From: Alphaproteobacteria bacterium
GTDB taxonomy: Bacteria > Pseudomonadota > Alphaproteobacteria > UBA828
DNA: 64,000 nt
Assembly (NCBI GenBank): GCA_963667785.2
Contig: CAXXMU010000001.1
Location: 704,001 to 768,000 of the forward strand
Direction: 5' to 3'
Under the pieces are notes generated by a model that saw nothing but the letters and a program-made list of their open reading frames with translations, was not told the DNA's origin and searched no databases. Below, one piece after another: positions 52,182 to 61,329 of this stretch (its first letter is position 1; each line of letters opens with the position of its first letter). The translations under genes were made by a program, and so were the position numbers.

Positions 52182-52727
52182 TCAGTCCCGCGCCGGGTAC
52201 CAGTAGAGCGGGTCCGGGCGGCGGTAGCCGTCGGGGCGGTAGATCAGCTCGAAGGTGGTCTTGAGCGTGTCCTCGGTCTGGAAGTAGCAGAAGCGCACGC
52301 CCTTCCAGCCGCCGCCCATGACGGCGGCGAAGCCGCGCGCCTCGATATCGGCGATGCAGGCGTCCCAGTCGAGGCCGGTATCCTGCAGGAGAAAGCCCAC
52401 GTGCTGCAGCCCCTCGCCGTGTTCCTCCAGGAACTCGTGGTAGATGCTGGGCCCCTCCAGCGGCTCGATCACCTCCCAGTTGAGATCGCCCGTCCAGGCC
52501 AGCGCGAGGCGCATGGAGAAGTTTCCCGGAGCGCCGCGAAAGTGCCTGTCGGTGAGCAGCGGCGGCGCGTACTCCTGCACCCACCAGGGGCCGATCCCCA
52601 TGCGGTCGGCGTAGTTGCGGATGCAGGCGTCGAGGTCGCGGGTGACGATGCAGATCTGCCGGGTCTCGCCGATGATGCTGTTGGGGAGGTCGCTGAAGAC
52701 GTGGTCGGGCGAGGCGGCCATGGGCAT
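52182..52727 (-). CDS. VOC/glyoxalase family protein (methylmalonyl-CoA epimerase-like)
   Basis: QICIVTRDLD, GIGPW, EVIEPLEGPSIYHEFLEEHGEGLQHVG. Confidence 0.8.
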   Translation of the reverse strand: MPMAASPDHVFSDLPNSIIGETRQICIVTRDLDACIRNYADRMGIGPWWVQEYAPPLLTDRHFRGAPGNFSMRLALAWTGDLNWEVIEPLEGPSIYHEFLEEHGEGLQHVGFLLQDTGLDWDACIADIEARGFAAVMGGGWKGVRFCYFQTEDTLKTTFELIYRPDGYRRPDPLYWYPARD

Positions 52728-52734
52728 TCGGTCC

Positions 52735-55065
52735 TTAAGCTGCTGAGAGCGCGCGCCAGACGCGCTCGGGCGTGAGCGGCATGTCGATCTCGGTGACGCC
52801 GCGTTGCTTCAGCGCGTCGAGCACGGCGTTCACCACCGCCGCCGGCGCCGGGATGGCGCCGGCCTCGCCGCAGCCCTTGATGCCGAGCGGGTTCTGGCTC
52901 GTCGGTACGCCGTTGGTGGCGAGCGCGAAGTCGGGCAGGTCGTCGGCACGCGGCAGGCAGTAGTCCATGAACGAGCCGGAGAGGAGCTGTCCCGAGCCCT
53001 CGTCGTAGACGCAGTTCTCGAACACCGCCTGGCCGAGCCCCTGGGCCACGCCGCCGTGGACCTGGCCGTCCACCAGGACGGGATTGACCACGCGGCCGAA
53101 GTCGTTGGCGGCGGCGTAGCCCACGATCTCCACCGCGCCGGTCTCGGGATCGACCTCGACCTCGCAGATGTGGCAGCCGTTGGGGAAGGTGCCCTCGAAG
53201 GTCTCCGTTCGGCCGTTCGCATCGAGCCCCGGCTCCACGCCGTCGGGCAGGTTGGCCGGGTCCTTGGCCTGCATGGCGAGCGTCATGATGTCGATGGCGC
53301 GGTCGGTGCCGGCGATGGCGAAGCTGCCGTCGTCGAAGCGGATGTCCGCCGGCGCCGCTTCGAGCAGGGCGGCGGCGATCCTCGTGCCCTTCTCGATCAC
53401 CTTGGCGGCGCCGTCCTCGATCGCGAGCGCCACCATGTAGGTGGAGCGCGAGCCGCCGGAGCCGCCGCCGGCGGGCAGGTCGTCGCTGTCGCCCTCGACG
53501 AGCTCGATGGCCTCGAACGGGATTCCCAGGCTCTCGCCGAGCAGCTGCGCGTAGGTGGTCTCGTGGCCCTGGCCGGAGGCCCCGGTGCCGGCGCTGAGGC
53601 TCACCCCGCCGTCGTCGCGGAAGCGGATGGCGACATGCTCGGCCGGATCGCCCACGGTCGATTCGACGTAAGCCGCCATGCCGATGCCGCGCAGCCGGCC
53701 CCGCGCCGCCGCGTCCGCGCGCCGGGCGGCGAAGCCAGACCAGCCCGCGAGCGAGAGGCTCTCCTCCAGGACGCGCGCGTAGTCGCCGGAATCGTAGGTG
53801 ATGTCGAGCGGCACCTGGTAGGGCATCGCGTCGGCCGGAATGAGGTTGCGCCGGCGGATCTCGTCGGGCGCGAGGCCGAGCGCGGCCGCCGCCTTGTCCA
53901 CCAGGCGCTCGACCACGTAGTTCGATTCCGGAATGCCCGCGCCGCGGTAGGCGTCGGTGAAGACGGTGTTGGTGAGCACGCCCTCGACCTCGGCGTGGAT
54001 CGCGGGCGTCCGGTAGGCGTTCGCGAGCATCCGCGTGTAGAGCAGGGTGGGCGAGATCGGGCCCAGCGTCGAGACATAGGCGCCGAGATTGGCGAGGGTG
54101 CGCACGCGCAGGCCGAGGAAGTGCCCGTCCCCATCCAGCGCGAGCGCAGCCCGGGTGAGGTGGTCGCGCGCCTGGGTGTCGCTGAGAAACCCCTCGGCGC
54201 GCCCGCTCAGCCAGCGCACCGGCCGGCCCAGCCTGCGCGCCGCCCAGGCCACCAGCACATGCTCCGCATAGGTGAAGAACTTCATGCCGAAGCCGCCGCC
54301 GAGGTCGTGGGCGAGGACGCGCAGGCGCTGCTCCTCGATGCCGAGAATGCCGGCGACGACGGCGCGCGCGCCGTGCACGTGCTGGCTGTTGATGTAGAGG
54401 GTGTAGCGCTCGCTCGCCCCGTCGTAGACGCCGAGCGCGCCGCGCGGCTCGATGGTGTTGACGACGAGGCGGTTGTTGACCAGCTCGATCTCCACCGTGT
54501 GGGCCGCGGCGGCGAACGCCGCCTCGGTGGCGGCCTCGTCGCCCTGGGTCCAGATGCAGGAGAGGTTGCCCGGCGCCTCCGGCCAGAACTGGGGCGCATC
54601 CGCTTCGCGGGCCTCCGCCGCGCCCACCACCGCCGGCAGCGGCGTGTAGTCCACGCTCACCAGGTCCGCCGCGTCACGGGCCTCGGCGAGGCTCTCGGCC
54701 ACCACCATCGCCACCGCCTCGCCGACGTGGCGCACGCGGTCCTTCGGCAGCACCGGGTTGGGCGGATAGCAGGCGGGGCTGCCGTCCGGGAGGGTGAGCT
54801 GGACGAGAATGTCGACGATGCAGGGGAGCGTGCCGAGCCCGTCGGCCGCCACGTCCGCCCCGGTGTAGACGGCGAGCACGCCGGGCGCCGCCTCCGCCTC
54901 CGCCGTTTCGATCGTCCCGATATCGGCGTGGGCATGGGGCGAGCGCACGAAGCAGACGTGCACCTCGCCCTCCAGCGAAATGTCGTCCTGGAAGCGCCCC
55001 AAGCCCCTGAGCAGGGCGTCGTCTTCCTTGCGCGGCGCCGACTGGCCGATGCCGAACCGAGCCAT
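52735..55065 (-). CDS. Xanthine dehydrogenase-family molybdopterin large subunit (CoxL form II-like)
   Basis: IGQSAPRKED, RSPHAHA, GGGFG, AYRGAG, GQGHET, GQVHGGVAQG, KGCGEAG. Confidence 0.9.
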   Translation of the reverse strand: MARFGIGQSAPRKEDDALLRGLGRFQDDISLEGEVHVCFVRSPHAHADIGTIETAEAEAAPGVLAVYTGADVAADGLGTLPCIVDILVQLTLPDGSPACYPPNPVLPKDRVRHVGEAVAMVVAESLAEARDAADLVSVDYTPLPAVVGAAEAREADAPQFWPEAPGNLSCIWTQGDEAATEAAFAAAAHTVEIELVNNRLVVNTIEPRGALGVYDGASERYTLYINSQHVHGARAVVAGILGIEEQRLRVLAHDLGGGFGMKFFTYAEHVLVAWAARRLGRPVRWLSGRAEGFLSDTQARDHLTRAALALDGDGHFLGLRVRTLANLGAYVSTLGPISPTLLYTRMLANAYRTPAIHAEVEGVLTNTVFTDAYRGAGIPESNYVVERLVDKAAAALGLAPDEIRRRNLIPADAMPYQVPLDITYDSGDYARVLEESLSLAGWSGFAARRADAAARGRLRGIGMAAYVESTVGDPAEHVAIRFRDDGGVSLSAGTGASGQGHETTYAQLLGESLGIPFEAIELVEGDSDDLPAGGGSGGSRSTYMVALAIEDGAAKVIEKGTRIAAALLEAAPADIRFDDGSFAIAGTDRAIDIMTLAMQAKDPANLPDGVEPGLDANGRTETFEGTFPNGCHICEVEVDPETGAVEIVGYAAANDFGRVVNPVLVDGQVHGGVAQGLGQAVFENCVYDEGSGQLLSGSFMDYCLPRADDLPDFALATNGVPTSQNPLGIKGCGEAGAIPAPAAVVNAVLDALKQRGVTEIDMPLTPERVWRALSAA

Positions 55066-55181
55066 CGTTCCCTCCCACGGTCGTCGCCGGCCATGATAGG
55101 GAACTCGGCGGCGGGCGTCATCCGCGCCCGACCCGGCGGCGCGATCCCGTGCTATCGTGAGCCGGTCGGACGAGGACGGCG

Positions 55182-56501
55182 ATGCGGAACGATACGCACG
55201 AGCCGACACGCGGAAGCGCGGGGACGTGCACCCTCACCGCGCTCTATCGGAGGGATCCCGACGAGGCCGACCGCCTGCTGTTCGGCCGCAGGACCTGTTC
55301 CGACCGGCGGGGCTTCCTCAGGGGCGCCGGACTGGCCGCCATGGCCGCCCTGGTCGGCGGAACGATTCCCTTTCACCGCACCATCCCGGCCCACTTCATT
55401 CCCGTGGCGCTGGCGGACGAGAGCGTCATTCCCGGCAAGGACGGGCTCGTGGTGCTCAACGACCGGCCGCTGAGCGCCGAGACGCCGGCGCACCTGCTGG
55501 ACGACGCCGTCACGCCGACCGGGCGGCACTTCATCCGCAACAACGGCATCCCGCCCGAGGCCGTGGACGCGGGCGCCTGGAGGCTGACCGTCGACGGCCT
55601 GGTGGAGAGGCCGATGACGCTCTCCATCGACCAGCTCAGGCGGCGCTTCGATACGGTAACCCGTGCGTTGACGTTGGAATGCGCCGGCAACGGGCGCGCC
55701 TTCTTCGAGCCGCCGGCCTCGGGCGCGCAGTGGACCTACGGCGCCGTCGCCTGCGCCGAGTGGACCGGCGTCCGCCTCGCCGATGTGCTCGGTGCCGCAG
55801 GGGTGAAGGAGGGTACCGTCTACACCGCGCACGAGGGCGCCGACACCCACCCCTCCGGCCCGGAGGCCGGACGCCCGCTCTCGCGCGGCGTGCCGATCGC
55901 GAAGGCCATGGAGCCCGGCACCCTCATCGCCTTCGCCCAGAACGGTGGACCGATCCATCCCATGAACGGCGCACCGCTCCGCCTGGTGGTGCCCGGCTGG
56001 CCGGGGTCATGCTCGCAGAAGTGGCTCACCCGCCTCTGGCTGCGAGACCGGGTGCACGACGGGGCGAAGATGACCGGCACCTCCTACCGCGTGCCTGCCC
56101 GGCCGCTGGCGCCGGGGGAGCAGGCGGACGAGGCGGACTTCGTCATCATCGAGGCCATGCCGGTCAAGTCGCTGATCACGCGCCCGGCGAACGGCGTCAC
56201 GACGGATGCGAGGAGGCTGGAGGCGCGCGGGCATGCCTGGGCCGGGGACCGGACAGTGCGCACGGTCGAGGTCTCCGTCGATTTCGGCGCGACCTGGACC
56301 CCCGCCGCGCTCGATGCGCCGGCGAACCCCCACGCCTGGCAGAACTGGCGCGCCGCGCTGGCGTTCCCGGCAGCGGGGTACTACGAGATCTGGGCCAGGG
56401 CGACCGATTCGCGAGGTGCGCGCCAGCCCGATACCCTCGCCTGGAACCCGAAGGGCTATCTCAACAACGCGATCCATCGGATCGCGGTCAACGTGGGTTA
56501 A
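55182..56501 (+). CDS. Periplasmic sulfite oxidase/dehydrogenase molybdoprotein (SorA/SoxC family)
   Basis: Tat motif DRRGFLRG; FIRNNG, LECAGNGR, NGAPLRLVVPGWPG..SQKWL, WNPKGY. Confidence 0.88.
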   Translation: MRNDTHEPTRGSAGTCTLTALYRRDPDEADRLLFGRRTCSDRRGFLRGAGLAAMAALVGGTIPFHRTIPAHFIPVALADESVIPGKDGLVVLNDRPLSAETPAHLLDDAVTPTGRHFIRNNGIPPEAVDAGAWRLTVDGLVERPMTLSIDQLRRRFDTVTRALTLECAGNGRAFFEPPASGAQWTYGAVACAEWTGVRLADVLGAAGVKEGTVYTAHEGADTHPSGPEAGRPLSRGVPIAKAMEPGTLIAFAQNGGPIHPMNGAPLRLVVPGWPGSCSQKWLTRLWLRDRVHDGAKMTGTSYRVPARPLAPGEQADEADFVIIEAMPVKSLITRPANGVTTDARRLEARGHAWAGDRTVRTVEVSVDFGATWTPAALDAPANPHAWQNWRAALAFPAAGYYEIWARATDSRGARQPDTLAWNPKGYLNNAIHRIAVNVG

Positions 56502-56586
56502 TCTCTCGTCTCCGGAGACCCGCGCCGCCGCCCCGGCGCGCGCCCGGTGCTGCATGCAGTGCCCGAATCGAGCCTCCCTGTGCTAC

Positions 56587-56735
56587 CTAACGCGTGTCCG
56601 TCCTCGACGGACACGCTCAGGCCGCGACCGCGGCTCGCCGCTTATGCGGCGCGCCCGCGCAGGCGCCGGCTGAAGGCCGGCTGCCGTGAGCGACAAAGAG
56701 GCTGGAAGGTTCCGCATCAAGCGGAAACTCTCCAG
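56587..56735. repeat. Inverted copy of the ~150-bp palindromic repeat
   Basis: Reverse-complement match to 50287-50437 including the core CCGCTTATGCGGCGCGCCCGCGCAGGCGCCG. Confidence 0.82.
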
Positions 56736-56786
56736 CGGAAGCAGACGGGTGCCGGTGCGCGCGCCCGGGAGACCAAGGAGGAAGCG

Positions 56787-57245
56787 ATGACGTTTGAGGA
56801 GAAGGTCGAGCGGCTCAGCGCGATCGAGGACATCAAGCAGCTCAAGGCGCGCTACTGCCAGCTCTGCGATGCCGGCTACGACCCCGACGGCATTGCGGCG
56901 ATGTTCGTGGAAGACGGCATCTGGGACGGCGGCGAGAATTTCGGCTGCCATGTCGGGCGCTCGGCGATACACGACTTCTTCTCCGGAATCTCGAACGACA
57001 TCGTCTTCGCCGCGCACCTGGTACTGAACCCGATCATCACGGTGGACGGCGACAGCGCCAACGGCAAGTGGTGGCTGATCATGCCGTGCACGACCGAGCT
57101 CGGCGGCGGGCCGAAGGAGGCGCGCTGGCTGCTCGCGGAATACGACGACGACTATGTCCGGATCGACGGCACCTGGTACTACAAGCACCTGCGCATCGAT
57201 CTGAAGTTCTTCACCCCGCACAAGGACGGCTGGGTCGAGGAGTAG
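56787..57245 (+). CDS. SnoaL/NTF2-like protein (BaiE/LinA-like)
   Basis: IEDIKQLKARYC..CD, AHLVLNPIITVDGD, YDDDYVR.DG.W; AAGGAGG RBS. Confidence 0.82.
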   Translation: MTFEEKVERLSAIEDIKQLKARYCQLCDAGYDPDGIAAMFVEDGIWDGGENFGCHVGRSAIHDFFSGISNDIVFAAHLVLNPIITVDGDSANGKWWLIMPCTTELGGGPKEARWLLAEYDDDYVRIDGTWYYKHLRIDLKFFTPHKDGWVEE

Positions 57246-57300
57246 CCCCGGCCTCCAGAGCACTATCCGATCTTACGGGGTCACAGCGGCTCGAACGACT

Positions 57301-57540
57301 CCCACCTCCCCCTGCCCCCTCCTCCCAGGAGGAGGGGGAAAGAAAGCGGCACCGCCCCTTCTCCCTCTCCTCCCCGCCGGGGAGGAGAGGGCCGGGGTGA
57401 GGTGGGGGAAGCTCGGGCGGCACCGCACGAGGACTAGGCACCCCGCGGCAACTCGCTGCGATCATGTCTGAACGAAGAGCGGTCCAGACACGTCATGCCT
57501 GGATACCCGGATCACGTCCGGGCAGGTCCGGGCAAGACGG
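57301..57540. repeat. Cluster of REP-like hairpins between convergent genes
   Basis: CCCCCTCCTCC-CA-GGAGGAGGGGG and CCCTCTCCTCCCC-GCC-GGGGAGGAGAGGG doublet (57301-57408); degenerate GTCATGCC...CCGGGCAAGAC copy (57492-57538). Confidence 0.7.
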
Positions 57541-57563
57541 ACTGAGGCGGGGCTAAGCGGCGC

Positions 57564-58628
57564 TCAGGACTGGCGCCTGAGCGCGCCCTCGGCGGTGATG
57601 TCGCTCTTGAACGGCCAGTAGAGCTCGGCGTTCCGCGTGATTCCGCTGCGGCGGAAGATGATGATCAGCATCATCACGACGCCCACCACCACCCAGGTGC
57701 TGCTGGTGGGCAGCGTGAAGCCGTCGTCGCCGAACATGCCCGACTCCAGATTCTTGAGCAGGTCGATCACCACGGTCAGCACCACGACGCCCACCACCGC
57801 GCCCGACAGGCTCTGCATCCCGCCGATCACGAGCATCGCCAGCGTGATGAGAGTCAGGTTGAGGAAGAAGGTGTCGACCGTGAGCATGCCGAGGAAGTGG
57901 CCGAAGAGGCCGCCGGCCATGCCGCAGAAGAAGGCGCTGATGACGAAGGCGAGCAGGCGCTGGCCGATGACATTGACTCCGGCCGCCTTCGCCGCGACCT
58001 CGTCGTCGCGCGAGGCGCGGAGCGCAAGCCCGAATTTCGAGCGCGAATAGAGGAAGGCCGCGAGGATCGTGATCACGGCGTAGACGTAGGCGACCCAGGG
58101 CGTCGTGGTCTGCGGCAGGCCGATCACCGAGCTCGCCCCCGAGGTCCAGGTGCTCCAGCGCAGATAGACCGAATAGATGATCATCAGGAAGGCGAAGGTG
58201 CCGATCGACGCGGCGATCCCCGATAATCGCATCAGTGCAATGCCTGCGATAAAGGCCACGAAGGCGCTGAGCAGCCCCGCGAGGAAGATCGCCAGCACGA
58301 AGTGGTGGCTGTTGCTCAGCAGGTAGTCCGGCAGCCCCGGCATGAACATCTCGCGGGTGTACTCGCAGCAGGTCTGCCAGCCCGTGGCGTAGGCGCCCAC
58401 CATCATGAAGCCGATATGGCCGAAGGACATGATCCCGGAGTTGCCGATGAACATGTAGAGCGCGACGACGATGACGACGCGGATCAGCCCCTCGGTCAGG
58501 GTCCGCGCGAGGATCCGGTCGTCCAGCGCGACCACGATCGCGGTGATGATGAGGAGGCCGACGCAGAGATTGACCAGCGGCCAGAACTGCCGGACCCTCC
58601 GCATGAGCGGCGTCGTGGCGTCGATCAT
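57564..58628 (-). CDS. Branched-chain amino-acid-type ABC permease (LivM-like)
   Basis: SGIMSFGHIGF, RASRDDEVAAKAAGVN, VIGGMQSLSGAVVG. Confidence 0.9.
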   Translation of the reverse strand: MIDATTPLMRRVRQFWPLVNLCVGLLIITAIVVALDDRILARTLTEGLIRVVIVVALYMFIGNSGIMSFGHIGFMMVGAYATGWQTCCEYTREMFMPGLPDYLLSNSHHFVLAIFLAGLLSAFVAFIAGIALMRLSGIAASIGTFAFLMIIYSVYLRWSTWTSGASSVIGLPQTTTPWVAYVYAVITILAAFLYSRSKFGLALRASRDDEVAAKAAGVNVIGQRLLAFVISAFFCGMAGGLFGHFLGMLTVDTFFLNLTLITLAMLVIGGMQSLSGAVVGVVVLTVVIDLLKNLESGMFGDDGFTLPTSSTWVVVGVVMMLIIIFRRSGITRNAELYWPFKSDITAEGALRRQS

Positions 58629-59545
58629 CAGACGCGCTCCTTGAACGCCCTGGTCGGCACCAGCCCCTGCGGCCGCGCCAGCAGGATCACCACCACCAGC
58701 CCGAACACGAAGGCGTCGCGGAAGCCCCGCATCCCTTCCGGCAGGATCGCGATGAGCACGGTCGAGAAGATGCCGACCACGTAGCCGCCCACGACCGCGC
58801 CGATCAGGCTGCCCATGCCGCCGATCACCGTGGCGATGAAGGCATAGAGCATCAGGAAGACGCCGCCGCGGAAGTTCAGGATGCCGGTCTGGGTGTGATA
58901 CATCAGCGCCATGATGCCGGCGAGCGCGCCCGAGATGACGAAGGCGAGCGCGATCACCCGGGTCGCGTTGACACCCAGCATCCGCGCCATCCTGAAGTCC
59001 TCGGCCGCGGCCCGCATCTCGACGCCGATGGGCGTGCGCCGGAGGAAGAGCGTGAGCAGGATCAGCAGGATCCAGGTCACCGCCACGATGACGAGCTGCA
59101 GGATCGGCACCTGTATCGTGCCCGAGAGCTGAATCACGCCGGTGAGCTCCGACCACAGGTTCACCGCCTTCGGCCGCCCGCCGTAAATCATGATGATCAG
59201 GTTCTGGATCGAGAAGCTGAGCGCCACCGAAGCGATCATGAGAACGGCGGGCGGCGCCGTCTGGATATGCCGGAAGAGGAGGAAGTAGGAGGCGAGCGCC
59301 CAGACGACCACCACGCCGACGACGCAGATGATGAGCGCCACCGGGTGGAAGTCGAGGATCAGCGGAACCGCAACCACCGCCGTCGCGGGCACGATCAGCG
59401 AGAACCCGCCCACCGTGATGAAGTCGCCGTGGGCGAAGTTGATGAGCCTGAGCACGCCGAAGAGGAGCCCGATGCCGAGCGCGCCCAGTGCGTAGAAGCT
59501 GCCGAGGCTCAGGCTCGAGATGATGGTCTGGACAACGACTTCCAT
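58628..59545 (-). CDS. ABC permease (LivH-like)
   Basis: INFAHGDF, MRAAAED...ARMLGVN, AFIATVIGGMGS. Confidence 0.9.
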   Translation of the reverse strand: MEVVVQTIISSLSLGSFYALGALGIGLLFGVLRLINFAHGDFITVGGFSLIVPATAVVAVPLILDFHPVALIICVVGVVVVWALASYFLLFRHIQTAPPAVLMIASVALSFSIQNLIIMIYGGRPKAVNLWSELTGVIQLSGTIQVPILQLVIVAVTWILLILLTLFLRRTPIGVEMRAAAEDFRMARMLGVNATRVIALAFVISGALAGIMALMYHTQTGILNFRGGVFLMLYAFIATVIGGMGSLIGAVVGGYVVGIFSTVLIAILPEGMRGFRDAFVFGLVVVILLARPQGLVPTRAFKERV

Positions 59546-60291
59546 CAGAACGTCGCCTCGCCGGCGTGATCCACCCCCTTGGTGAAGCCGAAGTAGGCCT
59601 GGCGCACCCGCTCGCCGTCCTGCAGCTCGGCTGCATCTCCCTGGAGCTGGATCTCGCCGCTGCGCAGCACGTAGATGCGGTCGGCCGCCTTGAGCGCGCG
59701 CTCGGAGCTCTGCTCGACGATGAGCAGCGTGAGTCCCCGCGACTCCCTCAGCTCCAGCAGGACCTCGTAGACCCGGTCCACCAGGTTGGGCGCGAGCCCG
59801 AGCGAGGGCTCGTCGATGGTCATGATGCGCGGGTTGGTCAGCAGCGCCCGGCCGATCACCAGCATCTGCTGCTCGCCGCCGGAGAGCTTGCCCGCCGCAC
59901 CCTTGCGGCGCTCCGCCAGCACCGGGAAGAGTTCCAGCACGCGCTTGAAGTCGGCCTCGATCTCTCCCCGGTCGCGGCGCATCCGGGTGCCGAGACGCAG
60001 GTTCTCCTCGACGCTGAGCGTTGTGAAGACGTGGCGGCCCTCCGGCACCTGCGAGATGCCCTTGCGCGCCACCGCCTCGGGTGTGAGGCCGATGACCGAC
60101 TCGCCATCGAAGGTGATCGTGCCCTGGGAGGGGCGGAGCACGCCGGAGATGGTGAGCAGCGTCGTCGACTTGCCGGCACCGTTGGGGCCGACGACGCAGA
60201 CGATCTCGCCTTCGGCCACGCCGATCGAGACGCCGCGCACCGCCGGCACCCGGCCGTAGTGCACATGGATATCTTCGACGGCGAGCAGCAT
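59545..60291 (-). CDS. ABC ATPase (LivF-like)
   Basis: GPNGAGKST, VPEGRHVF, LSGGEQQML, DEPSLGLAP. Confidence 0.92.
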   Translation of the reverse strand: MLLAVEDIHVHYGRVPAVRGVSIGVAEGEIVCVVGPNGAGKSTTLLTISGVLRPSQGTITFDGESVIGLTPEAVARKGISQVPEGRHVFTTLSVEENLRLGTRMRRDRGEIEADFKRVLELFPVLAERRKGAAGKLSGGEQQMLVIGRALLTNPRIMTIDEPSLGLAPNLVDRVYEVLLELRESRGLTLLIVEQSSERALKAADRIYVLRSGEIQLQGDAAELQDGERVRQAYFGFTKGVDHAGEATF

Positions 60292-60296
60292 CCGCG

Positions 60297-61052
60297 TCAC
60301 TCGTGGCCGAGATAGGCGGCGATGACCGCCTCGTTGCTCTGCACCTCGGCCGGCGTTCCGCGCGCGATGGTCCGTCCGCTGTCCAGCACGTGGATGCGCT
60401 CGCAGACGCCCATGATGACCCGCATGTTGTGCTCGATCAGCAGCACGCCGCAGCCGAAGCGCTCCGGAATCTCGCGCACCAGATGCATCACGTCGTCGCA
60501 TTCGAGGTCGGACATGCCGGCCGCCGGCTCGTCCAGCAGGACGAAGGCCGGGTTCACGGCGAGCGCGCGCGCGATGCCGACGCGGCGCTCGTCGGTGTAG
60601 GGCAACACGCCGGCAGGATCGCCCGCCTGATCGGCGAGGCCGATCCACTCCAGGATCTCCATCGCCTGCGCGTGCGCCTTGCGGCGCGAGAGGCCCAGGC
60701 TCACCGCGGCGACCTCGACGTTCTCGCTCACCGGCATGTCGCGGAAGAGCCGCCCGGCCTGGAAGGTGCGCGCCACGCCGTGGCGCCGAATCCAGTGGGG
60801 CGTCAGCCTTGAGATCACCTTGCCGCCGAGCAGGACCTCGCCGGAGGCGGGCACCTGGAATCCGGTCATGGCATTGACAAGCGTCGTCTTGCCGGCGCCG
60901 TTGGGGCCGATCAGACCCAGGATCTCGCCCTGGTGCAGCATCTCGTTGACGCTGTCCACGGCGGTGAGCCCCTCGAATCGGACGGTCACCTCGCGCGCCT
61001 CGAGCGTCGCGCCGTTCTGCCGCTCGGTCCCTGAACCGGCGTCGTTCGACAC
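60297..61052 (-). CDS. ABC ATPase (LivG-like)
   Basis: GPNGAGKTT, ARTFQ, LLDEPAAGM, LIEHNM, VIAAYLG; start codon uncertain. Confidence 0.88.
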   Translation of the reverse strand: MSNDAGSGTERQNGATLEAREVTVRFEGLTAVDSVNEMLHQGEILGLIGPNGAGKTTLVNAMTGFQVPASGEVLLGGKVISRLTPHWIRRHGVARTFQAGRLFRDMPVSENVEVAAVSLGLSRRKAHAQAMEILEWIGLADQAGDPAGVLPYTDERRVGIARALAVNPAFVLLDEPAAGMSDLECDDVMHLVREIPERFGCGVLLIEHNMRVIMGVCERIHVLDSGRTIARGTPAEVQSNEAVIAAYLGHE

Positions 61053-61329
61053 CAGCAATCCCCCGCCGTTCGATCCGGTTTCGCACGCCGTCCGGGTGAC
61101 GACCCGGCCGCACGGGGTCCCGCGCAGCCACAGCACCCCCGTTAGCTACCGAACGCCGGGATGTGAATCAACGGGGAATTCGCCCCTCGGGCCCCATCGC
61201 GCCGGCGAACGGTCGTTCGATCGGGCTTGCAAATGCCGCCTCCCCGTTGACAATGCGCGATCGGACGGCGTTCCGGGCTTGTCCGGGCGCCTGCACCCGC
61301 TACTTGGACTGCAAAGGGAGGTCAGTCGG

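Noticed and set aside
52735-55065. True aerobic CO dehydrogenase (form I CoxL)
   Set aside because: Lacks the AYXCSFR motif and the coxMS/accessory genes.
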